Assembly (NCBI GenBank): GCA_034661055.1
Contig: JAYEKO010000076.1
Span: forward strand, 1-31,816
Source of the DNA: Campylobacterota bacterium
GTDB lineage: Bacteria; Campylobacterota; Campylobacteria; Campylobacterales; Sulfurimonadaceae
Reading direction: 5' to 3'
DNA length: 31,816 nucleotides
The first letter of the stretch is position 1, and every line of letters begins with the position of its first letter. The notes under the pieces are model-generated. The model saw only the letters and a program-made list of their open reading frames with translations, made no database searches and was not told the DNA's origin. Below are positions 19,480 through 28,712 of the stretch, piece after piece. The translations under genes and the position numbers were made by a program.

Positions 19480-20337
19480 TTATATTTTTTTAGCAAAATC
19501 ATCTTGTGTGATTTTAGCACGCTTACCTTGGTGAGCATCTTGGATATCTTTGTACATATCACAGTATTCACGAACTTCTAAATCTTGCTTTAAAATACCT
19601 ATTGGAAGCAAGTTTAACTGCTCTTCTTCTGTCATAGCATCATACTTCTTTTTAGAAGTTGTAATATTATCAATCCACTCTAGGTTTTCCATAGCAGAAA
19701 CCATTTTGTTTTTTCTACCAAGATTAATATGACAGTTAGAAAGTACTTCCATCATTGAGAAGCCTTTATGCTCCATTGCTTTAATAAGCATTTTTTCTAG
19801 TTTTTTAGGATCAAGCATCGTTTCACGAGCAACAAAAGAAGCTCCAGAAGCTAATGCTAAGTCACACGTATCAAAAGTTGGATCAATGTTACCAATCTTT
19901 TGAGTTACTGTCCACATACCCTGAGGAGTTGTAGGAGAAGTTTGTGAATTTGTAAGACCATAGATGAAGTTATTGATAACAATCATAGTCATGTCAATAT
20001 TTCTTCTACATCCGTGAATTGTATGGTTACCACCAATTGCAAGTGCATCACCATCACCAGCAACACAAACTACAAGCTTATCTGGACGAGCAAGTTTAAC
20101 ACCTGTTGCATACGCCACAGTACGACCATGAGTAGTATGAATAGTATTAAAATCTACATAAGAAGAGAATCTTCCTGAACAACCAATTCCAGAAACAACA
20201 CATACATCATCTTGGCTTACACCCATTTTCTCAATTGCTCTTACAAATGCTTTAAGGATAACACCATCACCACAACCCCAACACCATAGTGTTGGCATTT
20301 TTTCTAGTCTTAAATATTTTTCATAATTAAATGCCAT
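19480..20337 (-). CDS. oorB: 2-oxoglutarate:acceptor oxidoreductase beta subunit
   Basis: LWCWGCGDG, SGIGCSGR, HTTHGR, GDGD...NNFIYGLT TPP-binding motif. Confidence 0.96.
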   Translation of the reverse strand: MAFNYEKYLRLEKMPTLWCWGCGDGVILKAFVRAIEKMGVSQDDVCVVSGIGCSGRFSSYVDFNTIHTTHGRTVAYATGVKLARPDKLVVCVAGDGDALAIGGNHTIHGCRRNIDMTMIVINNFIYGLTNSQTSPTTPQGMWTVTQKIGNIDPTFDTCDLALASGASFVARETMLDPKKLEKMLIKAMEHKGFSMMEVLSNCHINLGRKNKMVSAMENLEWIDNITTSKKKYDAMTEEEQLNLLPIGILKQDLEVREYCDMYKDIQDAHQGKRAKITQDDFAKKI

Positions 20338-20338
20338 A

Positions 20339-21472
20339 TTATAACTCCTTCACTTTGTTTACAATCTCATAAGGTGAAATTGCTCTACCATTAACTTTAA
20401 ATAGACCATCAATATCAAGTCTTGAAGCGGCACGCTGTACTTCAGAGTGGAATTGTCCAATATTTAACTCAACAACTAACACTTTTTCAATTTTATCAGT
20501 ATGCTCTTTTATTTTTGCCGCTGGTGAAGGCCAGATAGTAATTGGACGGAAAAGACCCGCTTTAATGCCCTCAGCTCTTAAGTGACGAATAGACTCTTTT
20601 GCTGCAAGGGAGACTGAACCGTAAGCAACAATCATAATCTCTGCATCATCCATCATAAACTCTTCATAAGACTCAACTTCGTCTTCATGCATAGCAACCT
20701 TATCTTCTAAGCGTTGAATAAGTTTACGACATGTCTCAATCTCCTCAGTTGGGAAACCATTCTTGTCATGGTGAAGACCAGTGAAGTGATATCTATAGCC
20801 CTCAAACATTGGATTAAGAGTTGCTGGTTCAGTTGGACCACACTCATATGGAAAGTACTCTTCAGCAGGACCATCAAAAGTTTTTCTTGGAACAATTCCA
20901 GCTTTCACATCTTCAGCAGTAGGAATGTCTGCTTTACCGTGCATGTGACCAATAGTCTCATCTAGTAAAACGATTACTGGTTGCATAAATCTATCAGCAA
21001 GATTAAATGCTCTTACTGTTTCAGTATAACATTCAGCTAAAGAACCTGCACATAGAGTGATTGACTTATAATCACCGTGTGATGGATTTTTAGATTGAAG
21101 AATATCACCTTGAGATACACGAGTTGGAAGACCAGTTGATGGACCACCACGCATAACATTAACACAAACTAAAGGTACTTCTGCCATTTGAGCAAGACCT
21201 AAGTTTTCTGCTTTTAAACTCATACCTGGTCCAGAAGTACCAGTCATAGTTCTATCTCCAGCCATTCCTGCACCAATTACTGCACAGATTGCTGCAATCT
21301 CATCTTCCATCTGAATACATGTTCCACCAACCTTAGGTAAAAGGTCAGAAATAACATGCATTACTTCACTTGATGGTGTTAGTGGATAACCACCAAAAAA
21401 TTTACAACCAGCATCAACACCTGCCATTGCAGCCAGTTCATTACCAGTAGATATAACTTCTCTTGTTGCCAT
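20339..21472 (-). CDS. oorA: 2-oxoglutarate:acceptor oxidoreductase alpha subunit
   Basis: GYPLTPSSE, QMEDEI, TSGPG, RGGPSTGLPT. Confidence 0.96.
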   Translation of the reverse strand: MATREVISTGNELAAMAGVDAGCKFFGGYPLTPSSEVMHVISDLLPKVGGTCIQMEDEIAAICAVIGAGMAGDRTMTGTSGPGMSLKAENLGLAQMAEVPLVCVNVMRGGPSTGLPTRVSQGDILQSKNPSHGDYKSITLCAGSLAECYTETVRAFNLADRFMQPVIVLLDETIGHMHGKADIPTAEDVKAGIVPRKTFDGPAEEYFPYECGPTEPATLNPMFEGYRYHFTGLHHDKNGFPTEEIETCRKLIQRLEDKVAMHEDEVESYEEFMMDDAEIMIVAYGSVSLAAKESIRHLRAEGIKAGLFRPITIWPSPAAKIKEHTDKIEKVLVVELNIGQFHSEVQRAASRLDIDGLFKVNGRAISPYEIVNKVKEL

Positions 21473-21819
21473 TATCTAGCTCCTTGTTCTATTGAATAGT
21501 AGTTATTTGCAGCGATTTCAGCTTGACGAGATTTAGATTCGTCAGTAAGCTTAGCAAAACTATGTCCTGCTGCTTTAAACTCTGCTTTATCTGCTACAAA
21601 AATAGCAAAATCTGGACACGATAGCTCACACTCATTACAGCCAATACAGGCTTCTGGATGTTCAACAGCAATCATTGCACCAAGTGTTGAAGATATCTCA
21701 TATCTCATCGCAAGTACACCAGCAGGACATACAGATACACAGATATCACATGCTTTACAGTTACTTGTATTTACCCATACAGGCTTATCACCTGGGTTTA
21801 CAGTTTCAAAAGTTCCCAT
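21472..21819 (-). CDS. oorD: 2-oxoglutarate:acceptor oxidoreductase delta (2x4Fe-4S) subunit
   Basis: CKACDICVSVCP and CIGCNECELSCPDFAI; start of oorA overlaps its stop. Confidence 0.95.
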   Translation of the reverse strand: MGTFETVNPGDKPVWVNTSNCKACDICVSVCPAGVLAMRYEISSTLGAMIAVEHPEACIGCNECELSCPDFAIFVADKAEFKAAGHSFAKLTDESKSRQAEIAANNYYSIEQGAR

Positions 21820-21846
21820 TTATTCTCCTATTATTTAAGATACAAA

Positions 21847-22146
21847 CTAGTTTGCATCGTCTTCAATATTAAATTTCCCGACCGCACAAGAGACAAAACT
21901 CTTCACTTTAAGAGTAGCCAAATTACCAAAGCCAATCTCTTCATCAAAGAGAGGATAGCCTAGTTTTCTTAAAATTGCTCTAAATTGTGCTGCATGCGCC
22001 TCATCTTCAACATTAGCTGTTACCTTACGAGGCTCGCACGAGAGATCAACACTTATTTCCTTAAAACCATCTTTAGAAAGAGCAGTTTTAATGGTATTTG
22101 CACAACCTTCACAGCGTACATTATTGACCTCTAAAGTTAAAAGCAT
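21847..22146 (-). CDS. Heavy-metal-associated (HMA/CopZ-like) domain protein
   Basis: NVRCEGCANTI CxxC loop, LRKLGYP, C-terminal KSFVSCAVGK. Confidence 0.85.
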   Translation of the reverse strand: MLLTLEVNNVRCEGCANTIKTALSKDGFKEISVDLSCEPRKVTANVEDEAHAAQFRAILRKLGYPLFDEEIGFGNLATLKVKSFVSCAVGKFNIEDDAN

Positions 22147-22149
22147 TTA

Positions 22150-23025
22150 CTACTTTTTACCTAAAACTTCAGAAATTGCTTTACCAATTTCAGCAGGAGA
22201 AACAACAACTTTTACGCCAGCTGCTTCAAGTGCTTCCATCTTCTCTTTTGCAGTACCAGCTGAACCAGAAACGATTGCACCAGCATGACCCATAGTTTTA
22301 CCCTTAGGTGCTGTTTGACCTGCAATAAATGCTACAACAGGTTTTGTAATCTGCTCTTTAATTAACTTAGCCGCTTGAATTTCAAGGTCTCCACCAATTT
22401 CACCAATCATAACGATTGCTTTTGTCTCAGGATCTGCTTCAAACATTGGTAAAATTTGGTTATATGAAAGACCAATAATTGGGTCTCCACCAATTCCAAT
22501 AGCAGTAGTAATACCATAACCTTCTTGAACAACTTGATTTGTACCCTCATACGTCAATGTACCCGACTTAGAGATAAGACCAACATTACCTTTTTTGAAA
22601 ATTGAACCTGGCATAATACCTATTTTACACTCTTGGGCCGTGATAATACCAGGACAGTTTGGACCTAGTGTTTTCATACCATGCTTAGTTGCGTGAGCTT
22701 TAGCCATCTGCATATCTTTAACCGGAGCACCTTCAGTAATAATTACTGCAAGCTCAATTCCAGCTTCAGCAGCTTCCATTACGGCATCACCAACAAATGC
22801 AGGCGGAACAAAAATCATAGAAACCGTAGCGCCTGTAGTAGCTACCGCGTCAGATACCGTATTGAAAACTGGCTGACCTAAGTGTATTTGTCCACCTTTG
22901 TTTGGTGTAACACCACCAACAATTTTAGTTCCATATGCTAAACATTGTTCAGCGTGGAAAGTTCCCTCTTTACCTGTAAAACCTTGAACGATTACTTTTG
23001 TATCTTTGTTTACTAGAATTGACAT
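22150..23025 (-). CDS. sucD: Succinyl-CoA synthetase alpha subunit
   Basis: [32 protein letters not shown] phospho-His motif. Confidence 0.98.
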   Translation of the reverse strand: MSILVNKDTKVIVQGFTGKEGTFHAEQCLAYGTKIVGGVTPNKGGQIHLGQPVFNTVSDAVATTGATVSMIFVPPAFVGDAVMEAAEAGIELAVIITEGAPVKDMQMAKAHATKHGMKTLGPNCPGIITAQECKIGIMPGSIFKKGNVGLISKSGTLTYEGTNQVVQEGYGITTAIGIGGDPIIGLSYNQILPMFEADPETKAIVMIGEIGGDLEIQAAKLIKEQITKPVVAFIAGQTAPKGKTMGHAGAIVSGSAGTAKEKMEALEAAGVKVVVSPAEIGKAISEVLGKK

Positions 23026-24197
23026 TAGTTTCCTTTCGCTGCCGCTACAGCTTTAGCTGCACCGTCACCTAAATCATTACCAACAATTAAGTTGGCTATA
23101 TTTGCATTTTTAAGAATTTCTGCAGCCTCTGGAGCATTTGTTCCATCAAGACGAACAATAACAGGTACATTAACATCTGTAAGTTTAGTTGCTTCAATAA
23201 TACCATTAGCAATACGATCACAACGAACTATTCCACCAAAGATATTTACAAAAATTGCTTTTACATTAGGATTTTTAAGAATAATCTCAAAACCTTTTGC
23301 AACTGTTTCAGCATTAGCTGATCCACCAACATCTAAAAAGTTCGCAGGAGTTCCACCCATATAGTTAATTGTATCCATAGTACCCATAGCAAGACCAGCA
23401 CCATTTACCATACAACCAATTTCACCATCAAGTGCTACATATGAAAGACCATATTTAGCTGCTTCAACTTCATCCATATCTTCTTCTGTTAAATCTCTCA
23501 TTGCAGCAATTTCTGGTTGACGTCCAAGAGCAGAGTTATCAAAGCCCATTTTTCCATCAAGTGCAATAAACTCGCCAGACCCTGTGCGTACAAGAGGATT
23601 GATTTCAATCATCTCTGCATCATTTTCCATATAAAGCTTAAATAGCTTTTGTGCGAAAACAATAATGTTTTTCTGCTCAGCCTTGTCTGTAACACCAAGA
23701 CCAAAAGCTAATTCACGACCGTGAAAACCTTGAAAGCCTACTGCTGGATCAACTGGAACTGTAATAATTTTTTCTGGAGTATTTTCAGCAACATCTTCAA
23801 TATTCATTCCACCCTCAGTAGAAGCCATAATCAGAGGCATCTCTAATTTTCTATCTAAAACAACAGAAAGGTAAAATTCATCTTTAATATCAGCGCCATC
23901 TTCGATGTAAAGTTTTTGAACAAGTTTACCCTCAGCAGTAGTTTGGTGCGTTACCAAAGTCATACCAAGAATCTCATCTGCAAGTTCTCTAACCTCATCT
24001 AAAGTTTTAGCTAACTTAACACCACCACCAAGACCACGACCACCTGCATGAATTTGAGCTTTAACAACCCAAATCGGACCACCTAACTCTTTTGCAGCTT
24101 CTACAGCAGCATCAACGCTCTCAACCATAATACCTTTAGGTACTGGCACACCATACTTAGCAAAAACTTGTTTCGCTTGATATTCATGTATATTCAT
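23025..24197 (-). CDS. sucC: Succinyl-CoA synthetase beta subunit
   Basis: [43 protein letters not shown]. Confidence 0.98.
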   Translation of the reverse strand: MNIHEYQAKQVFAKYGVPVPKGIMVESVDAAVEAAKELGGPIWVVKAQIHAGGRGLGGGVKLAKTLDEVRELADEILGMTLVTHQTTAEGKLVQKLYIEDGADIKDEFYLSVVLDRKLEMPLIMASTEGGMNIEDVAENTPEKIITVPVDPAVGFQGFHGRELAFGLGVTDKAEQKNIIVFAQKLFKLYMENDAEMIEINPLVRTGSGEFIALDGKMGFDNSALGRQPEIAAMRDLTEEDMDEVEAAKYGLSYVALDGEIGCMVNGAGLAMGTMDTINYMGGTPANFLDVGGSANAETVAKGFEIILKNPNVKAIFVNIFGGIVRCDRIANGIIEATKLTDVNVPVIVRLDGTNAPEAAEILKNANIANLIVGNDLGDGAAKAVAAAKGN

Positions 24198-24224
24198 TTA
24201 TTCTCCTTGTTTTAAATTGAAAGT

Positions 24225-24782
24225 CTATTTAACTTCGTATTGAGCGCGACCAATTTTATATAAGTCTGCACCATGTGTATCATTAACTACCGTTACTGGA
24301 AAGTCAACAACTTCTAATTTTCTAACTGCTTCAGGACCTAATTCCTCATAGGCAATTACTTCAGCACTTTTAATCTGCTTACCTAAAAGTGCACCAGCAC
24401 CGCCAGTTGCACCAAAGTAAACTGCTTTATGCTCTTGGCAAGCATCTGTAACGCCTTTATCGCGTTTACCTTTACCAATCATTCCCTTTAAACCCTCAGC
24501 AATTAAGCGAGGAGAGTAAGAGTCCATACGGTAAGATGTAGTTGGGCCGGCACTTCCAATCGGATCACCCGGCTTAGGTGGTGTTGGGCCTACAAAGTAA
24601 ATTACAGCGCCTTTAATATCAAAAGGAAGCTCTTTACCATCGTCAAGTAAATCAACTAATCTTTTATGAGCTGCATCACGTGCTGTGTAGATAGTACCGC
24701 TTAAATATACGATGTCACCGCTTTGTAACGAAGAAACGGCCTCATCACTAAGTGGTGTTGTTAAATGATATGTTTTACTCAC
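24225..24782 (-). CDS. Class I (Fe-S) fumarate hydratase, beta subunit
   Basis: TARDAAHKR, GSAGPTTSYRM, IGKG, ELGPEA. GTG start. TCA context favours fumarase over tartrate dehydratase. Confidence 0.92.
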   Translation of the reverse strand: MSKTYHLTTPLSDEAVSSLQSGDIVYLSGTIYTARDAAHKRLVDLLDDGKELPFDIKGAVIYFVGPTPPKPGDPIGSAGPTTSYRMDSYSPRLIAEGLKGMIGKGKRDKGVTDACQEHKAVYFGATGGAGALLGKQIKSAEVIAYEELGPEAVRKLEVVDFPVTVVNDTHGADLYKIGRAQYEVK

Positions 24783-24791
24783 TATTTTCCT

Positions 24792-25643
24792 TTATATTGT
24801 GATGTGTGTATGACGTGAACTATGACACTGAACATTGACAGATACTGGAAGAGAAGCGATATGACAAGGGTTGGCTTCAATATGAACAGCAAGAACCGTC
24901 TCAGTTCCACCCATACCCATAGTACCAATTCCAAGTTTATTTAACTCTAATTTTATTTCAGCTTCCATCTCAGCCATTTCCGAATCTTCATTTACTGAAC
25001 CAATATTACGAAACAGTGCATGTTTAGATGAAATTACAGCTTTCTCAAAGGTTCCGCCTATTCCAACGCCAACAGTAAGTGGAGGACAAGGGTTTGGACC
25101 GGCATCAGAGATGCACTCTTTTACATAATCAATAACACCTTGTTTTCCAGCAGCTGGCGGGAAGACTCTCGCACGAGAGACATTTTCAGACCCACCACCT
25201 TTGGCGGCGTACTCAATATCGATTTTATCACCCTCTACAATATCTAAGTGAATAATTGCAGGGAGATTGTAACCAACAGTGTCTTTGTTATTGGCGCGCG
25301 TAAAAGGGTGGCAAGTTGAAGCTCTTAAGTAACCCTCAATGTAACCTTTTTCAGTACCTTCATTGATGGCATCTTTTAAAAGACCACCAACAACTTTAAC
25401 ATCAGCACCAATTTTTACAAAAAATACTGCTAAGCCAGTATCTTGACAGAGTGGACGTGCTTCACTGCTTGCAATATCAGCATTTTCTAGCAGCTGTTTT
25501 AAAACTTCTTTACTTACAGGACTCTTTTCGTCCTCATAAGCCTTTTTCATTGCATTAAGTGCATCTTCTGGAAGATTAGATGCAGAATATACGATGATAT
25601 CTCTAACATTTTTAACGATCTCTTCATAAGCGATTTCGCGCAT
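24792..25643 (-). CDS. Class I (Fe-S) fumarate hydratase, alpha subunit
   Basis: PLCQDTG, KGGGSEN, GPNPCPP, HIASLPVSVNVQCH. Start set at ATG 25643 after AAGGA RBS. Confidence 0.92.
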   Translation of the reverse strand: MREIAYEEIVKNVRDIIVYSASNLPEDALNAMKKAYEDEKSPVSKEVLKQLLENADIASSEARPLCQDTGLAVFFVKIGADVKVVGGLLKDAINEGTEKGYIEGYLRASTCHPFTRANNKDTVGYNLPAIIHLDIVEGDKIDIEYAAKGGGSENVSRARVFPPAAGKQGVIDYVKECISDAGPNPCPPLTVGVGIGGTFEKAVISSKHALFRNIGSVNEDSEMAEMEAEIKLELNKLGIGTMGMGGTETVLAVHIEANPCHIASLPVSVNVQCHSSRHTHITI

Positions 25644-25692
25644 ATATAATTCCTTGTCCAATAAATATCTACAATAAAGTATTTTCAACTAC

Positions 25693-25701
25693 ATTTTAAC
25701 A
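25693..25701 (-). promoter_or_regulatory. Extended -10 promoter (TGtTAAAAT) for fum-suc-oor
   Basis: TGTTAAAAT on the minus strand about 50 bp upstream of the fumarase alpha ATG. Confidence 0.55.
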
Positions 25702-25755
25702 TTCTTTTTTTAATAGTATTCATAATAGATATTTATTTTAAAACATATGAGGAAG

Positions 25756-25805
25756 TGAGTAAATTTTACTCAGGGAGGAAAGTCAGACTACACCAAAAGG
25801 TGTAG
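25756..25805 (-). terminator. Two hairpins downstream of mdh2
   Basis: CTACACC-AAAA-GGTGTAG (25788-25805) and TGAGTAAA-T-TTTACTCA (25756-25772). Confidence 0.55.
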
Positions 25806-25808
25806 AAT

Positions 25809-26753
25809 CTACTCAAAAAAACCGTTATCAGTAAGAATGTCAATACCTTCTTGAATTGAATCTACGGAGATTTTAAATTTTGCTTTAGTTTCATCATCTA
25901 AATCAAGTTGAATGATATGCTCAACGCCGTTAGCACCTAGAACAACTGGAACACCAACACAGACATCTTTGTATCCATATTCACCCTCTAGCATTACTGA
26001 TGATGGCATAACAATTCTACTATCATCTAAAATTGCTTCAACCATAACGGAGATAGCACGACCTGGTGCATAGTAAGCAGATGTACCTAGATGCTTGACA
26101 ATCTCAGCTCCACCATCTTTGGTACGAGCAATAATATCTGCCATATCATCTTTAGATACAATCTGATCAAGTGGTACACCGCCAACTGCAGAGATCTCAG
26201 GAAGTGGAATCATATGTTGACCATGATCACCAATTAGCATTGCTCTAGTTTGACCTGAACCATAACCTACTTTTTGGTTAATTTGGTATGCCATACGTGC
26301 GCCATCAAGTGCTCCAGCCATACCGATAATTCGACTTCTGTCCCAACCTGTAATTTTATGCACTACCTGACACATAACATCAAGTGGATTTGAGACACAA
26401 AGAATAATAGCATTTGGAGAATATTTCATAATATTTCCAACAACCTCTTTTACAATTTTTGCATTAATAAGTAAAAGATCAGCTCGCGTCATTTCACTTC
26501 GACGAGGAACACCTGCAGTAATAACAACAACATCACAATCTTTTAATCCACTTGCATCTTCTACAGCCGTTACAATAGTACCTTGTGGAGAGTAACTTGT
26601 TGATTGTCCAATATCAATAGCTTTTCCTTTGGCAACATCCGAATTAATATCATATAAGATAACTTCATGACATGTGCCTGTCATAGTTAAGCTATATGCC
26701 GCAGTTGCTCCAACAAAACCAGCTCCGACAATTCCTACTTTTCTACCTACCAT
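25809..26753 (-). CDS. mdh: Malate dehydrogenase (LDH-like), NAD-type paralog
   Basis: GAGFVG, ILYD35IN (acidic NAD determinant), TAGVPRRSEMTRADL (MDH-specific Arg), SNPLD, LDGAR, GDHG. Confidence 0.88.
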   Translation of the reverse strand: MVGRKVGIVGAGFVGATAAYSLTMTGTCHEVILYDINSDVAKGKAIDIGQSTSYSPQGTIVTAVEDASGLKDCDVVVITAGVPRRSEMTRADLLLINAKIVKEVVGNIMKYSPNAIILCVSNPLDVMCQVVHKITGWDRSRIIGMAGALDGARMAYQINQKVGYGSGQTRAMLIGDHGQHMIPLPEISAVGGVPLDQIVSKDDMADIIARTKDGGAEIVKHLGTSAYYAPGRAISVMVEAILDDSRIVMPSSVMLEGEYGYKDVCVGVPVVLGANGVEHIIQLDLDDETKAKFKISVDSIQEGIDILTDNGFFE

Positions 26754-26757
26754 CTAT

Positions 26758-28695
26758 CTATTCTCCCTTGAGTCCAAATGTAAATCCACCATTAACTTTT
26801 TCAATAAGTTCTGGCAAGATATCTTCATAATCACCAACAATTCCAAAATCTGCATTATGGAAAATTGTCTCTTTAGCATTATGATTAATTGCTACTATAG
26901 TTTCAGACTCTATCATACCAGCGATATGCTGAACTGCTCCGCTTACACCAATAGCAACATAAACTTTTGGGCGAACTGTTTTACCAGTTTGACCGATTTG
27001 TCTTGCGTATTCTGCAACACCCTCATCAACCATAACTCTTGAACATGACCACTCTGCTTTAAGACCTTGAGCTTTCAATGACTCTGCTAAATCTTTTACC
27101 ATCTGCATTCCATCACTAGTTGTACCTCTACCGCCAGCAACAATAATATCAGCTTCAAATAGACCAGCCATACCACCTTCACCAATTACCGTTTCAATAA
27201 TTTCTGTTACAAAATCACTTTCAGGTAGTTTTGGCTCAAAGGCAGTTATTGCACCTTTTCTACTTTCGTCTGGAGTTGGCACAGCAAATGTACCAGCACG
27301 AGCAGTTGAAATCTGAGGACAGACAAAACCTAAGATAGTTGCAAGTTTTGACTCACCATAAGTAGGACGTCTTGACTCTAGAATCGGAGCATATACTATT
27401 TTTTTCTTTCTATCAAAATGTTCACCAATTTCAAGTGCCGTACAATCTGCTGTAACACCACCATCAGTTTTAACACCAATCCTAGGTGCTAGTTCACGCC
27501 CAGCTGTAGTTGCAGCAAAAAGTGCAATCTCTGGATTTTTATCTTTAATAACTTGCTCAAACGCAGTAGCAAAAGGTAAAATTCTATACTCTTGGAGTCT
27601 TTCATCATCCACAACAACAACTTCATCAGCACCATGAGCTATTAACTCTTTAGGCATATCACCTAAATTTTTACCAATAATTAAAGTGATTACTTTAGTG
27701 TCATTCCCAAGTTCAGTTGCTAAAGTTCTAGCAGGGGTTAAGAGCTCTAATGATGGTCTAGAAATTTGACCATTTACAACCTCTGCCCATGTTAAAATTC
27801 CAGATGCACCATTTCTAAAATCTACATCTTCAAAACCTTCAGGTCTTTTTTTAGCTTTAGCAGCTTTTTTCTCTTTAACCTCTATGGTGTTTTTACCAGA
27901 TTTCATATTTTCGATTAAGTTAGAAACTAATTCAGCTTCTCCATGACCATCAGTCATTTTTGCCGGAGCTCTTTCACTAACAATATTTGCAACTTTTGCA
28001 ACAATTGTAGGTGAACCACTTAATCCAATTTTCTCATCACTTAAGCCTACATCATCAATGTTAAATACTGTAACTTCAGCATCTCTAGCTTTTACTGCAC
28101 CCATTAATGATGGTCGTCTAGGATCAATTCCAGTTGGAGTAAAAGAGAGAGCACAAGGTATAGGAAGTTTCATCATCTGATACCCACCCTCAATAATTCT
28201 TTTTGCTGTTATATGTCCATCTTTTAAATCTGCAACCTCAATAAAAGTAGCTTGAGGAAGATCCATGTTTTCTGCAACTTGAGAAGGTACATGTGCTGTA
28301 TCACCATCACTTGTTTGACGACCTGCTACAATTACAAAGTCTTCATTTAGACCTTTTCCGTAACCAAGGTGCTTAAGCATTGTTGCAATCGCCAACCCTG
28401 TTGCATAAGTATCAGAACCACCTAGTCTTCTATCACTCAGAAGATACGCTTCATCATATCCCATAGAGATTGCTTTTTTAAGAGACATATCAAAAGATGG
28501 AGGTCCCATTGAACAGACTATAAGTTTCGCGTCTGGATTGTCAATTTTCATCTGAAGCCCAGCTTCAAGAGCATATCCACAATCTACATTAATAATAGAT
28601 TTTGCTTTTGTTCTATCCATTAGACCGTCGTCACCCATTCTCATCTCTGATGGTAATGGAACCTGTTTCATTAAACTGATTATTGTTAAAGCCAT
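26758..28695 (-). CDS. Fused electron transfer flavoprotein beta+alpha (EtfB-EtfA / FixA-FixB like)
   Basis: aa 1-265 EtfB (KQVP, SMGPP, GSDTYAT, GRQTSDGDTAHV, GLSGSPTIV); Lys-rich linker; aa about 298-645 EtfA (GRELAPR, TADCT, QIGQTGKTVRP, GVSGAVQH, ADFGIVGD). One uninterrupted ORF. Confidence 0.95.
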   Translation of the reverse strand: MALTIISLMKQVPLPSEMRMGDDGLMDRTKAKSIINVDCGYALEAGLQMKIDNPDAKLIVCSMGPPSFDMSLKKAISMGYDEAYLLSDRRLGGSDTYATGLAIATMLKHLGYGKGLNEDFVIVAGRQTSDGDTAHVPSQVAENMDLPQATFIEVADLKDGHITAKRIIEGGYQMMKLPIPCALSFTPTGIDPRRPSLMGAVKARDAEVTVFNIDDVGLSDEKIGLSGSPTIVAKVANIVSERAPAKMTDGHGEAELVSNLIENMKSGKNTIEVKEKKAAKAKKRPEGFEDVDFRNGASGILTWAEVVNGQISRPSLELLTPARTLATELGNDTKVITLIIGKNLGDMPKELIAHGADEVVVVDDERLQEYRILPFATAFEQVIKDKNPEIALFAATTAGRELAPRIGVKTDGGVTADCTALEIGEHFDRKKKIVYAPILESRRPTYGESKLATILGFVCPQISTARAGTFAVPTPDESRKGAITAFEPKLPESDFVTEIIETVIGEGGMAGLFEADIIVAGGRGTTSDGMQMVKDLAESLKAQGLKAEWSCSRVMVDEGVAEYARQIGQTGKTVRPKVYVAIGVSGAVQHIAGMIESETIVAINHNAKETIFHNADFGIVGDYEDILPELIEKVNGGFTFGLKGE

Positions 28696-28712
28696 ATTAT
28701 ATTCTCCCCACC

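Noticed and set aside
22150..24197. Citryl-CoA synthetase or ATP citrate lyase instead of SucCD
   Set aside because: Sizes and the [10 protein letters not shown] motif match ordinary succinyl-CoA synthetase, and there is no lyase domain.
9046..25688. Longer ORF-track starts at 9102 (dsb), 17501 (HDOD) and 25688 (fumarase alpha)
   Set aside because: Downstream ATGs at 9045, 17549 and 25643 have clear RBSs and give family-typical N-termini.
25809..26753. mdh2 as L-lactate dehydrogenase feeding the ETF
   Set aside because: It has Arg, not Gln, at the specificity position. ETF-linked lactate dehydrogenases belong to an unrelated FAD family.
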